Positions 25,116 through 39,105 are shown, numbered from the whole stretch's first letter. The stretch is 63,977 bases of DNA, filler included, from Octopus bimaculoides (GCF_001194135.2; 6 parts of 6 records of this genome joined end to end with filler, not necessarily neighbours in it), one strand, 5' to 3'. Program-made: numbers and translations. The notes: a model not told the origin generated them from the sequence alone.

Positions 25116-26101
25116 GTAAGGCGCGGAATTCCGTTTGATCTTCTAGCCGATAATTAGGATTTGGTGATCTTCTGTATCTGTTTTCTTTCAATGTGCGCAT
25201 TTATGTTTTTTGACTNNNNNNNNNNNNNNNNNNNNNNNNNNNNNNNNNNNNNNNNNNNNNNNNNNNNNNNNNNNNNNNNNNNNNNNNNNNNNNNNNNNNN
25301 NNNNNNNNNNNNNNNNNNNNNNNNNNNNNNNNNNNNNNNNNNNNNNNNNNNNNNNNNNNNNNNNNNNNNNNNNNNNNNNNNNNNNNNNNNNNNNNNNNNN
25401 NNNNNNNNNNNNNNNNNNNNNNNNNNNNNNNNNNNNNNNNNNNNNNNNNNNNNNNNNNNNNNNNNNNNNNNNNNNNNNNNNNNNNNNNNNNNNNNNNNNN
25501 NNNNNNNNNNNNNNNNNNNNNNNNNNNNNNNNNNNNNNNNNNNNNNNNNNNNNNNNNNNNNNNNNNNNNNNNNNNNNNNNNNNNNNNNNNNNNNNNNNNN
25601 NNNNNNNNNNNNNNNNNNNNNNNNNNNNNNNNNNNNNNNNNNNNNNNNNNNNNNNNNNNNNNNNNNNNNNNNNNNNNNNNNNNNNNNNNNNNNNNNNNNN
25701 NNNNNNNNNNNNNNNNNNNNNNNNNNNNNNNNNNNNNNNNNNNNNNNNNNNNNNNNNNNNNNNNNNNNNNNNNNNNNNNNNNNNNNNNNNNNNNNNNNNN
25801 NNNNNNNNNNNNNNNNNNNNNNNNNNNNNNNNNNNNNNNNNNNNNNNNNNNNNNNNNNNNNNNNNNNNNNNNNNNNNNNNNNNNNNNNNNNNNNNNNNNN
25901 NNNNNNNNNNNNNNNNNNNNNNNNNNNNNNNNNNNNNNNNNNNNNNNNNNNNNNNNNNNNNNNNNNNNNNNNNNNNNNNNNNNNNNNNNNNNNNNNNNNN
26001 NNNNNNNNNNNNNNNNNNNNNNNNNNNNNNNNNNNNNNNNNNNNNNNNNNNNNNNNNNNNNNNNNNNNNNNNNNNNNNNNNNNNNNNNNNNNNNNNNNNN
26101 N

Positions 26102-26164
<63 letters not shown>

Positions 26165-26399
26165 ATATGTATGTATATATATATGGTGTCAGGACAATTC
26201 GACGAGATCATAGGGAAATAGAAGAAAGAATATCTGAATTTAAAAAGGTTTATTTTAATGTTTGCTGTATTACATATTTATTATTTTTTTCGTTAAATTT
26301 AATTCGTGTGCAATTACTCCTTGAAAAATTATTTTTCCATGACATTTTTTTATACGCATGTTCATATATCTGTATATTTTCTTCTAGCTTGGTTCTTCC

Positions 26400-27690
26400 C
26401 CTTGCGTAAACTTCCCCAATTTGGTACTGGCAAATTTTTCCTCACATTTAATCACAACAAGAAGTTTCCAAAAACTTGGATGACTAATATATTCACTGTG
26501 TTTTTCAGCACGCTGTGGTAGGCTTCTAAACTATTTGTAGTACAAGCAATCCCCTCATACATCGATGTCAAATATTCCATATAGGTAATGGAAATGGAAG
26601 TTCAATGTATCGCTTCCTCTGTCCTCTTCCTCTAGATAGTCCTATATAATTACTTTCAAAATAAAATACAACTGACTGTGGAATATCATCATCATCAACA
26701 AGTTGTTCATATCTATCTACTACATCATCAACCGGCAAGAAGGCAAGGGCAACAAAGCACTGCATTTTTAGACTAAAACTTTCATATTCGTGTTGTCTGC
26801 ATTTTAGTCCTTCTTACACAGCATGCTTGAACACATTTTGTCCTAAATGAAACACGCAGCATGCACATTTGACCCAGGAAACGATTCCAGGCATCCGTTA
26901 TGAGCTGCGTTTTCGAAATCAATATTTGTATTATTAGGTCCCTCTTTCTGCAGTAATTTGTTTATTTTGGCAAAAAGTCTACTATATGTTTCTTGGCTTT
27001 TGTCAGAGAGTAATGCGAACAATCATAGGGCATTAAAATTATCAATTTAAATGTGAAGTATATATAACTGAAAAAATATACTGTAGCAATACTTAAATGT
27101 TCCATCTGCAACCCATTTCTTGTACTGTTTTAACTGCTGCAGTGCTTCGTCACTTGCAAATATTAGTATTTGTTTTGCATCTTCCCTCCCGCTGTCATAA
27201 TGTAAAAACGTTTCATCATTGTCAAGGTAGTTATATTCATTTGGAATGGAAAACACAATATTTGTAAGGTGGGTGGCAGGATAGTTGGAATCAGCTTGCC
27301 TCCAACATCTAATATTTCTATTAAGCTTTGGAAACGGAGGTATTTATGATAATGTACAGTCGTTTAAATTCTGAACTTCACTAGCGATAGCTGAGCGAGG
27401 AGCATCATGTGATGAAATAGACTTTACTTAATATTTGAAACAGTAACCCTTGCATTCATCTCAACAGCATTTGAAACGCGATTATGGATACCAATCTTCT
27501 TATACTTTTTATAATTTTTATCTGTATGAAGCCTCGCCTTGCACATACGATCTTTGCACCTCCCGTATATCTTCAATCCACCTGCATTCTGCTTATGTTT
27601 TATGTATATATAATTTTCTTGATCGACCACTTTGATTTTTTCCTTTCTCTGAAGTTATGATCTTGCAGATGGTCATGTTGATGGGTAGGG
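26400..27690 (-). pseudogene. MULE (Mutator-like) transposase with N-terminal FLYWCH zinc finger
   Basis: ENYIYIKHK...GRCKDRMCKARLHT...HN (FLYWCH); FLHYDSG...ILIFAS...WVADGTFK..FFQLYILH; CFHLGQNV; ALAFLP; TTNSLEAYHS. Confidence 0.92.
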
Positions 27691-28479
27691 TTATTGAATG
27701 ATTTTAATTCAATTTGCTTGAAAATCTTTGTTCGTAAACTATTCAGCACAGATACTTAAGAGTTAGAGAGAGAGAGAGAGAGAGAGAGAGANNNNNNNNN
27801 NNNNNNNNNNNNNNNNNNNNNNNNNNNNNNNNNNNNNNNNNNNNNNNNNNNNNNNNNNNNNNNNNNNNNNNNNNNNNNNNNNNNNNNNNNNNNNNNNNNN
27901 NNNNNNNNNNNNNNNNNNNNNNNNNNNNNNNNNNNNNNNNNNNNNNNNNNNNNNNNNNNNNNNNNNNNNNNNNNNNNNNNNNNNNNNNNNNNNNNNNNNN
28001 NNNNNNNNNNNNNNNNNNNNNNNNNNNNNNNNNNNNNNNNNNNNNNNNNNNNNNNNNNNNNNNNNNNNNNNNNNNNNNNNNNNNNNNNNNNNNNNNNNNN
28101 NNNNNNNNNNNNNNNNNNNNNNNNNNNNNNNNNNNNNNNNNNNNNNNNNNNNNNNNNNNNNNNNNNNNNNNNNNNNNNNNNNNNNNNNNNNNNNNNNNNN
28201 NNNNNNNNNNNNNNNNNNNNNNNNNNNNNNNNNNNNNNNNNNNNNNNNNNNNNNNNNNNNNNNNNNNNNNNNNNNNNNNNNNNNNNNNNNNNNNNNNNNN
28301 NNNNNNNNNNNNNNNNNNNNNNNNNNNNNNNNNNNNNNNNNNNNNNNNNNNNNNNNNNNNNNNNNNNNNNNNNNNNNNNNNNNNNNNNNNNNNNNNNAAC
28401 CATATATATATATATAACCATATATATGCATATGCATACATACATGTATATACGGGTGGGTGGGTGTTGGCCATTTAGT

Positions 28480-28880
28480 TGTTCTAAGACCATTTCCTTG
28501 TAATGTGTCTTGTCCATTATTACTATGGTTTCTTTGTCGGCTTCTTTAATAACTATAGAGGAATCATTGTGTAGACATGTCAATGCTCCTTGTCCTTTAC
28601 TTGTAATCCTTGAATTTATATGGTTTGTTAGAATGTTAGAGTTTGCTGATCTTTTAAAACACAAAGAGGAGTCATTGAAAAACTAAATGCCCAACGTTTC
28701 TACAGAATAAATAAATAAATAAATAAATAAATAAATAGAAACTCGAGCATATAAAAGACAATGAATAAAATGAAAAAAAGTAGTTGACGAAAATGTCGGC
28801 TTACATCACGAAATATGAGGTAAAATCAAGTAGGTTTTATGGATCTCCCAAAACCCATAAATCTACAGAAATTAGTAATT
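28480..28880. pseudogene. Divergently oriented Penelope RT fragments (minus 28480-28665, plus ~28810-28880)
   Basis: Minus: LHNDSSIVIKEADKETIVIMDKTHYKEMVLEQL. Plus: SRFYGSPKTHKS. Confidence 0.85.
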
Positions 28881-28892
28881 GACTAAAAGACC

Positions 28893-29096
28893 TACATTAT
28901 TTACATTATCTACATTTGACGGATATCCGTCCTCATCTTGTTTGTTGTTAACACAACGTTTCGGCTGATATACCCTCCAGCCTTCGTCAGGTGTCTTGGG
29001 GACGAGCTAGTTTTTGATGGAGTTTCTCTATATGTCTCCAACAACAAACAAGATGAGGACGAATATCCGTCAAATGTAGATAATGTAAATAATGTA
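28893..29096. repeat. 57-bp inverted repeat (28893-28949 / 29040-29096) enclosing a hammerhead
   Basis: One mismatch between the arms. Confidence 0.95.
28950..28995 (-). ncRNA. Minimal type-I hammerhead ribozyme motif
   Basis: Minus strand: GACAC-CTGACGA-A-GGCTG[loop]CAGCC-GAAA-CG-TT-GTGTT; palindromic ACGT helix III; predicted GUU cleavage triplet. Confidence 0.8.
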
Positions 29097-29135
29097 AATA
29101 ATTCCTCATCTCTTAAATATAGAACTGTAAAAGAC

Positions 29136-29235
29136 NNNNNNNNNNNNNNNNNNNNNNNNNNNNNNNNNNNNNNNNNNNNTTAATTAATTAANNNNNNNNN
29201 NNNNNNNNNNNNNNNNNNNNNNNNNNNNNNNNNNN
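29136..29235. other. Synthetic 100-bp gap spacer 44N-TTAATTAATTAA-44N (also 45186-45285, 58510-58609, 60515-60614, 62784-62883)
   Basis: Identical geometry at five sites; the 12-mer gives stops in all frames. Confidence 0.95.
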
Positions 29236-29274
<39 letters not shown>

Positions 29275-29867
29275 TTCTAAAATAGGATAAAAAAATTTTC
29301 AAAAATTTCAAGTGGCCAGCATATTAAAATAATGTGTGTGTGTTTATATATATGTATGTATGTATGTATATTTATATATATACATATGTGTGTGAGTATA
29401 TATGTGTCATGCGTCTGAGTGTGTGTGTGTATATATATGCATGTGTGTGTGTATGTATGTATGTATGTATCAATACATGCTTCTTATTGATTACAGGAAA
29501 TATATTAACTGAAACGTAATAGTATTTTGGGGGAAAAAACTCCTCAATCAAGTTTTTCGTAATTAACTAAGCCGGGCAGATGACAAGATGTGATGGTGAG
29601 GAGGGCGACAGGATGGAAAAGATTTGAACCGTTTGAAGAAGAAATGTCCCTTTAGGGGTGTATAACCACTGGGATTAGATAACCCAGTTAAATACCCCTG
29701 GTGTCGTGCTGTGGTGGGTTCATTGAGGGCCGAGTGTTGACTTAAGAGTTTTAATATGTTGTTTTTTTATTAGTAAGGAATTTCACACAAAGAAAATTTC
29801 TCTGACTTACTGTTTTGTTACACGTGCAGTCGTTTAAGCAAAGTCGCAGGAGTTGCTGTCGCTTGGG

Positions 29868-29907
<40 letters not shown>

Positions 29908-30229
29908 TGTGCGCGCGTGGTTGCGTGTACACACACACAAATATATATCTATATGTCTAATTGTATGTATGCTTAATCTTCTCTTTCCCGTTTTTAATTT
30001 AGAGCAAACTTTGATCGGCCACCTACTTGGTAGCAAGGTTATGTATGTATGTATGAAAACACACACGTTATATTCCAGCGCACACACACACAACTATTTT
30101 AACATAAAATACACACATATATACACAGCTGATTCGTATATATGCCAAAATAATATTAAAAGGATATCTCACATATGTATCAGGTCATTAAGAATGAAAT
30201 GTCCGATTTTGAACTCGTAAGTTTATTTT

Positions 30230-30690
30230 TCTTTATCTCAACAAAAAGCAATGCAGTTAATCAAAGTACGCGACTACATTATCAACACAATTTTGCCATT
30301 TTATCGGTAGCTAATTTATGCTGGCAGCGACGAGTTCGAGCAAGAGGTGATGAAATCACGAAAGGCTGTTTTAGCATCTTCATCAGCTTTGAAGTTTTTC
30401 CTTGCAAAAAGTTTTCTAATGCCTGGGAAAACGTGATAGACAGTTTGTGCAAGGCCTGGTGAATATGGTGGAGGACAGAGTACTTCCAAGTTCAGTTCCT
30501 GTAACTTGAGTAGCGCTCTTTGTGCAACTTGTGGTCGAACATTGTCTTTCAAGAGAATTGGCCTGTCTCTATTGACCAATCTCGGTTGTTTAATTGCAAG
30601 ATCACTCATCATTTTACCCATTGGTTGATGCATACATCCGCTGTATTTGACTTACCAGGTCTCATGAAACTGTAGTGGATGACACAAGCG
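30230..30690 (-). pseudogene. Mariner C-terminal transposase fragment
   Basis: RPILLKDNVRPQVA...KLQELNLEVLCPPPYSPGLA..YHVF. Confidence 0.92.
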
Positions 30691-30704
30691 CCGGACCACG
30701 TGTG

Positions 30705-31085
30705 TGCGTGTGTGCGTGTGTGTTTGTCCCCCACCCACCATCGCTTGACAACCTATGTTGATGTGTTTACGTTCCCGTCACTTAGCGCTTCGGCAAAAAC
30801 TGACCGATAGAATAAGTACTAGGCTTACAAAGAATAAGTCCTGGGGTCGATTTGTTCGACTAAAGGCGGTGCTCCAGCATGACCGCAGTCAAATAACTGA
30901 AACAAGTAAAACGAAATGAAAGAATACATGACGGACTTCCACAGTTGCCGTCTACCAAATTCACTCACAAGGCACTGTTCGGCGCTGGGACTATAGTAGA
31001 GGACTCTTAGCCAAAGTGCCGCGCAGTGGGGCTGAGACTGGGACTGAACTACTTTTTAACCACCCACACAGCCATGCCTGCGTTA
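30705..31085. mobile_element. SINE family B pieces: 3' half on plus (~30705-30925) and 5' half on minus (~30930-31085)
   Basis: CATCGCTTGACAACC...GAATAAGTCCTGGGGTCGATTTG...GACTGAAACAAGTAAAA, then reverse-complement head and core. Confidence 0.85.
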
Positions 31086-31519
31086 CCGTTCACAATTTCT
31101 TCAACATCCTATGTTTTNNNNNNNNNNNNNNNNNNNNNNNNNNNNNNNNNNNNNNNNNNNNNNNNNNNNNNNNNNNNNNNNNNNNNNNNNNNNNNNNNNN
31201 NNNNNNNNNNNNNNNNNNNNNNNNNNNNNNNNNNNNNNNNNNNNNNNNNNNNNNNNNNNNNNNNNNNNNNNNNNNNNNNNNNNNNNNNNNNNNNNNNNNN
31301 NNNNNNNNNNNNNNNNNNNNNNNNNNNNNNNNNNNNNNNNNNNNNNNNNNNNNNNNNNNNNNNNNNNNNNNNNNNNNNNNNNNNNNNNNNNNNNNNNNNN
31401 NNNNNNNNNNNNNNNNNNNNNNNNNNNNNNNNNNNNNNNNNNNNNNNNNNNNNNNNNNNNNNNNNNNNNNNNNNNNNNNNNNNNNNNNNNNNNNNNNNTA
31501 TATATATATATATGTTGGA

Positions 31520-31740
31520 ACAGGGTGTCGCTGTGTCTGTGTTTCTGACCACCACCTCCAACACCACCACCACCGCCATCAAAGTCGGTATTGGTCTGTT
31601 TACATTCCCGTAACTTAATGGTTCGACAAAAGGAGTCCGATTGAATAAGCACCAGGCTTCAAAAAAATAAGTCGATTCATTCGACTAAAATTTCCTCCAA
31701 GACGATGCTCCGGCGTGGCCACAGTTCAGGACTGAAAAAG
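31520..31740 (+). mobile_element. SINE family B, 3' half, diverged
   Basis: GTTTACATTCCCGTAACTTAATGGTTCGACAAAA...GATGCTCCGGCGTGGCC. Confidence 0.75.
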
Positions 31741-32852
31741 AAAGCTGAGGATAAGAAATGAGTCTACAACTACCCAATATCTACTAATTAGGTGCAGATG
31801 AAGTGTGTGCGTGTGTGTGTTAGTGGTGTTGGGCAGTGGAGGGATGATGTGGAGCTTATTAATAGGTTGAGTGGAAAATAGTAATTGGCAAATCTTGTTT
31901 ACGAGATGAATTCAATTGGGATTGTTGCGGTATTTTGTTGGGAGACTGGAGAAAGAGGTTCAGTTTGATCTTCGGAGGAGAGACGAAAGACGATGGTGTT
32001 GGTGGTGAACGAAGAGGGAGGAGGAGAGATAGTAAGGTGAGAGACGCCAGTAGCCAGTAGCGGTGGTGGTGGTGGTGTAGTGGAGATGGTGGTGTTGGTA
32101 GTGGTGGCAGCAGAGGTGGTGGTGGTGAAGGGAATCGGATGGAAAGACGAAGAATGATGAGGGAGAGAAGAAGAGAGACGGTGTGAGTAGAGAGATAGTA
32201 AGAGCCGAGAGAGAGGGGGGGGACAGACAGACGGACAGAGAAGGAGGGAGAGAGAGAGAGAGAGTGCGAGAAGAGATCTTTGGTGTAATATCGAGCAAAT
32301 TGGAGGTTTCCTTTTGGGAAAGAGAAAGAAAGAGAGACAGAGAGAGAATGTGAATGTGTGTGTCTGTGTTTGTGAGTGCGTGTGTCAATGTGTGTATATG
32401 GAAGTACATGTCAGGATGGAATATGTGTATGTATGTACGTATGTATATATATACATGCATGTATGTATATATGTATCCTAACATGTATGTATCTAAGCGT
32501 GTGCGGAGATAATTGTGCAGGAGAATACAACCTATTAGAATGAAAATAGGTAAATTAATTGTAGAACATATAATAGTAACAGACGCACTTGCGCACATGT
32601 GTATATATATGTGTGTGAGAGGGAGAGAGAAAGAGAGAGAGAGTGTGTGTGTGTGTGTGTGTGTGGTTGTGTGGTTGTGTGCGTGTGTGTGTATGGATAC
32701 CACATGGCTGAGAAATAATACATAGCTAAATGATTAGACAGTTATATATACAGGGATACTGTTTCTTTATGTGTGTGGTTTTAATTCCTATTTGAAAGGA
32801 AAATCTGTTCACCGTATATACAAACATATCACACGTACACGTGCACACGCGT

Positions 32853-32913
<61 letters not shown>

Positions 32914-33685
32914 GTCAAATATATTTATTTCTTTATGCTCATATATTCGCATACATGTATATGAGGGTGTATTTGTAATATGCATACATACGTAAAGACA
33001 TAGAAACATACGTACATACACAGGCACACACGCATACATACACACATACGCACATACACATCCATTAACACGCACATACATCAACATGCAAACACGTCTT
33101 TACAGAAAATAGAAAATGAAGTGAGGGTTGACAAAAGGGCTCAAAACGAAAGCTTTTCCAGACAAGTGTTTCTCCTGCTAACCTCAGAACAACCCTAATC
33201 ACGTGCCTTAAAAATGAAATTCTTCATATTGAGGGACACAAGAAGCTTAACAGCATTTGGTTCTAATGTTTAAACGGATGGAATAGAATGTTACAGATAG
33301 ATTCCACCTGTTGCTGGTTCGGGTGTATGTACGTGTATCTGTGTAAATGTATGCGTGTGTACGTGTGTGTGAGTGTGTGTATATATGAATTTGGATATGG
33401 CGTGTGTGTATTCGCATGTGTATGCATGCATGTGTGTGTGTGTGTGTGCGAGAGTGCGTGAATGTGTGTGTGTTATTAGATTGGTTTAATGAAGAAGGAT
33501 CGGTTTGTATGGCCTTCACAGACCTTCCAAGATTGGTAAGTGTGTGTGTGTGTGTGTGTGTGTGCGTGCGTGCGTGCGTGTGTTTGTGATTAGAGGAAGA
33601 GAGACAGAGATAAACGGAAAGACAGACAGAAACAAGGAGAGATTGTTATATAGAGAGGTAGAATGAGAGAAAGAGAGGATGATTG

Positions 33686-33756
<71 letters not shown>

Positions 33757-33767
33757 CAGACAGACAA

Positions 33768-33804
<37 letters not shown>

Positions 33805-35150
33805 CTGGTAAAAAGACAGAGTGAGATTGATATAGAGACCAATATCTATTTAATTATCTAGCTAGCTATATATATANNNNNNNNNNNNNNNNNNNNNNNN
33901 NNNNNNNNNNNNNNNNNNNNNNNNNNNNNNNNNNNNNNNNNNNNNNNNNNNNNNNNNNNNNNNNNNNNNNNNNNNNNNNNNNNNNNNNNNNNNNNNNNNN
34001 NNNNNNNNNNNNNNNNNNNNNNNNNNNNNNNNNNNNNNNNNNNNNNNNNNNNNNNNNNNNNNNNNNNNNNNNNNNNNNNNNNNNNNNNNNNNNNNNNNNN
34101 NNNNNNNNNNNNNNNNNNNNNNNNNNNNNNNNNNNNNNNNNNNNNNNNNNNNNNNNNNNNNNNNNNNNNNNNNNNNNNNNNNNNNNNNNNNNNNNNNNNN
34201 NNNNNNNNNNNNNNNNNNNNNNNNNNNNNNNNNNNNNNNNNNNNNNNNNNNNNNNNNNNNNNNNNNNNNNNNNNNNNNNNNNNNNNNNNNNNNNNNNNNN
34301 NNNNNNNNNNNNNNNNNNNNNNNNNNNNNNNNNNNNNNNNNNNNNNNNNNNNNNNNNNNNNNNNNNNNNNNNNNNNNNNNNNNNNNNNNNNNNNNNNNNN
34401 NNNNNNNNNNNNNNNNNNNNNNNNNNNNNNNNNNNNNNNNNNNNNNNNNNNNNNNNNNNNNNNNNNNNNNNNNNNNNNNNNNNNNNNNNNNNNNNNNNNN
34501 NNNNNNNNNNNNNNNNNNNNNNNNNNNNNNNNNNNNNNNNNNNNNNNNNNNNNNNNNNNNNNNNNNNNNNNNNNNNNNNNNNNNNNNNNNNNNNNNNNNN
34601 NNNNNNNNNNNNNNNNNNNNNNNNNNNNNNNNNNNNNNNNNNNNNNNNNNNNNNNNNNNNNNNNNNNNNNNNNNNNNNNNNNNNNNNNNNNNNNNNNNNN
34701 NNNNNNNNNNNNNNNNNNNNNNNNTATATATATATATATATATATACACACTTCTCTTCTCCTTTCCACCTTATTAGCTTATCAAGTATTTTACCCGGAT
34801 TGATAAGCCTTCACTATATGTGTACACGCACGTACACGAATGTACAAGTACTCAGATATTCAGCATATTAGTGTGTAGCACATATGCATCTATTTAATTG
34901 AGAATGCTTCATTAAAATTTTTGACTCACGCACAAAAGTACGCAATTGCTTGTGTTAGTATCTGTTTAAATGTTTATGTTGACTTAGAGAGAGAGAGAAG
35001 GGGGAGGAAGAAGAGAGAATAGATAGGAGTGTGTAGAACGAATTAAAAATATGGACACGCTTACTTGCAATTTCCCAAAATATCCAGTTTTCTAGTCTTT
35101 TATTCTAACCACGCAAGCAAGCTCACGCATACACACATAGATAGAAACAT

Positions 35151-35191
<41 letters not shown>

Positions 35192-35820
35192 CATAGTCTC
35201 ACTCATGCACACGTATAAACATGGCCATAGTCAAATATATAAGTGACACTGAGAAAGTTTTATCGTTTATATACAGAGAGAGAGACAGAGACATACATAC
35301 ATCATGTGCACTCAGACAAGCAGACGTGCATCTACAGCCCAAAGAACTAAATATATATCATTCACACAGAAATTCCTTTATCACTTAATATATTCACAAA
35401 CACTTATATACTTGCACACACACTCACATCCATGCACACACACGCGCGCGTAGACACGTAGACACGCACACACACATACGCGCGCATTTGTATCGTCTGC
35501 AAAAGGGAAACATGGCTGAAAAGTTTTCCACAAATCTATCTCTCTACAATGGCAAAATTTTTCACAGATGTTTTCAAACAACCGGCGTTTTATAAACTGA
35601 AGTTCTCGTCTAAACAAACGCAGATGTACTTGTTTCCTTTCTTTCATTCAATTGCTTCCTTGTTTTCGAGTGAAGTTTAGCGGAGCGGAGTTCGAGATGT
35701 TATAAGGTGTGGAGGAAGGGACACCAAAACACAGCAACTATGACAACAGTCTGGCTTCTATCATCATGCTTATTCTATTAGGTGAAAGCAGGGATGGATG
35801 GCTGGATAGCTGGATGGATG

Positions 35821-35874
<54 letters not shown>

Positions 35875-37147
35875 AAGAAAAAAGGACACAGAGCGCGAGG
35901 AAGACAGAGAAAGAAGTAAGTGGAGCTAAGAAAGGCGTCTAACGTTAATTGAATCTAACGGCGCTAAGTTTGTTGTTTGTAAAGACGTTTAGATGTTGAG
36001 TGAGGTGTTAAAGAATGAATGAAAGTGAGTCAAAGTGTGAGGGGGAGAAAAGGATGGAATCTGACTTGCGGGGTGGTCAAACAGAGAAGTATTTTCCGTT
36101 GAAAGAAGAGATCAAAGCTTCTATGTATGCTGTATATAAAAGAGAAAGAAACGGAGAAAGACAGACAGAGAGAGTAACAGTGATAGGAGGAGACAGAAAG
36201 ACAGACAGACAAGCCGACGGGCAAGCAGACAAACAGAGACGGAGATAGAAAGAAAAGATTAAGACAGAAAGACAGGGAGAATGAGTGGGAGTGAAAAAGG
36301 GAGTTAGGTTAGCAAAATGTGAAAATATACATAATTGCTGATATTCATGATCAACGTAACTCTAATCCTTCTATCTATGTATTTTCACCATTCGTCACAT
36401 TGTCAACTGAATAGATTATACTTCACTGAGGAGGACTAAGAAAATCGAAACACGTGTGCTAATTTCACCAGTTGCCAAGTGTGGATGCGAAGCGAAGTTT
36501 TTAATCATTCTGCCATAATGCGTCTACACACACACACACACACACACACACATTTATATTTATATGAATATGTATATGTATATATGTATATATATATATA
36601 TATATATATGTGCGTGAGTATGTGAATGTATGCACGTAGATAGATATAGTGAAATGAAAGGCAGAAAAATGGGAGGGGAGAGAACTGGCATAAATTATGG
36701 AGAGGAACAATGAAAGCATTGCAACACGTGTTACTGACGCGCACGCGCACGCATACACATGCACACACCCACAACAGTCACAGTCACATGAGCATACTTT
36801 TGTGATTCAAAATGTTTTTGATAAGGAGCTGGTCCCCGATGAACGAATGAAAATCTAATTTATAAATAAATAAAAAATTGGGGTATTATAAGACGAGGGG
36901 GGGGGGTCTGTCGGCCTGATGATCACGAGCTGTATTATTAATAGGCAACAAACGGGGTTTATGAATCCCCTTTTATTCCCTACCAGAATTATTACAAAGA
37001 GGAAATTACTAAAGTTATTTCCGTTCTATTAATCGAAAAAATGTCAAATCTAAAATACTAAAGCTGGCATGACGAAATTTACGTTGTCCCTTTTGTTTGT
37101 GATTTCTCATTGGATGGTTTCTATGTTCGTTATTAATTGGACTAATT

Positions 37148-37640
37148 AAGGCACCAAGCATAGCAGAACCGATAGCATTCTGGCCAGAAAGCTCAGCAGC
37201 ATTTCGTCCCTCCGTCCGACGTTACGTTCTGAGTTCAATTCCGCCGAGGTCCACTTTGCCATCTATCTTTCAGGGTCGGCTTTGCCTTCTATTTTTTGGG
37301 GTCGACAGAATAAGTACCAGTGGAGCACTGGGGGTCTATGCAATCAACTATCCCCTCCACCAAATTTCGGGGCTTGTGTTTATAGTAGGAAGGATTATTA
37401 ATCAGGCTAATAACAGCTCCAAGCTAGCAGAACCGAAAGCATGCCAGCCAAAATGCTCAGCAGTATTTCGTGCGTCCGTCCATCCTTACATTCTGAGTTC
37501 TAATTCCACCGAGGTCGACCTTGCCTTTTATCGTTCGGGCTCGACGGAATAATTACCAGTCGAGCACTGGTGTCGATGTAATCGACTTACCCCTGCCCTC
37601 GAAATTGCTGGTCTTGTGCCAAAAGTTGAAACCATATTAA
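37148..37640 (+). mobile_element. Two tandem SINE family A copies (~37148-37400 and ~37405-37640)
   Basis: Both carry AGCAGAACCGA.AGCA...TTCTGAGTTC...CCGAGGTC.AC.TTGCC. Confidence 0.85.
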
Positions 37641-37697
37641 AGAGACTGGTTGCTAACAGGGTAGAGATAACTACTCTGTTAGCAACCAGTCTCTTTA
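37638..37697. repeat. 60-nt hairpin: 27-bp stem, 6-nt loop
   Basis: TAAAGAGACTGGTTGCTAACAGGGTAG-AGATAA-CTACTCTGTTAGCAACCAGTCTCTTTA; one G.U pair on the plus strand. Confidence 0.95.
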
Positions 37698-38770
37698 TTA
37701 GAATTTTGGAGAATTTAGATACATTTCATATTGAGCTCAAATCACCACCACCAATACCATCACCATCACCATCACCTACATAACAACCATCACCACCTTC
37801 AAATGTTTGTACTACATCCCCCACAACTGTCCACCACATTTTTTCAGCATTTACTTAAACTACCGCCTCCACTGCCACTGACACTACCACCAACACCACT
37901 ACGACAACTGACACCACCACTCTTACGCTACCCATCACCACTTTCAACCCCTTATATTTCCACCGCCACATCTTTCAGCGGTTACTTAGGCTACCCTCAC
38001 AGGAGTGCAGCCACCTCCGACTACTGCCGCCACTACTATCACCACTTCTCTCTCTGCTTCTCAATCTAATTTATCTATCTATCTATAAGAAAGATATCTA
38101 TCTATCTATCTTTCTACTATCTGTTTGTCAATGTGTCTGTCTATCTGTCTCTGTAGCTCTCTGTCCGTCTTCTCACTCTGCTTCTCAATCTAATTTATCT
38201 ATCTAGCTATCTGTCCATCTATCTACCTATCTATCTATCTATCTATGGAATCAATGTATCCATCTATCTCTTCTTTTCCTCAACCGGTTTGCGAGTGGTC
38301 CGGTCAGTTAAACCAACCGTACCGAAGACCTATCAAAAAGCAATAAACACCAGGCCTCATCAAAATGTGTGAAGGTCACCGGCGTGTAATGAGTTTAGCA
38401 GAGACAGTGGAAAGGAGGCAACGGCAGCGCAGCCCGTCTGACACGTCCTCATTCGCTTGGATGGTCCTGAGAGTATTATCGTCTTAGAGCCTGTGATATT
38501 TATCTTCTTTTTGTCTCTCCTCCTGCGACCACTGCTACTACTACTACTGCTGCTGTTGTTAATCGTCTTCCAACCAGCCTCTCATTCACAAACCTACCAA
38601 CTTATCTATCTATCTGTCTGCCTGTCTGTTTATCTGTTTATCACTTGTCTGTCTATCTATCGAACAATCTCTCTGTCTCTTTATCTATTTGTCTGTCTGA
38701 TTGCCAAGTGGTGTGCGGAGAGCAAACACACTCAGTTACACACACACACACACTTGCACATACATACATA

Positions 38771-38976
38771 TTATTTATTGCCCACAAGTGGCTAAACATA
38801 GAGGGGACAAACAGATTAAGTCGATTACATCGACCCCAGTGCGTAACTGGTACTTATCTAATCGACCCCGAATGGATGAAAAGCTAAGTCGACTTCGGCG
38901 GAATTTGAACTCAGAACGTAGCAGCAGACGAAATACCGCTGAACATTTCGCCCAGCGTGCTAACGTTTCTGGTAGC
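38771..38976 (-). mobile_element. SINE family A
   Basis: Clear reverse-complement match to the copy at 53688. Confidence 0.92.
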
Positions 38977-39018
<42 letters not shown>

Positions 39019-39021
39019 GCA

Positions 39022-39105
<84 letters not shown>

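Noticed and set aside
36427-36460. CTGAGGA...GAAACACGTGT hammerhead-like string
   Set aside because: Position 17 is G, and helices I and II do not pair; kept only as a possible decayed copy.
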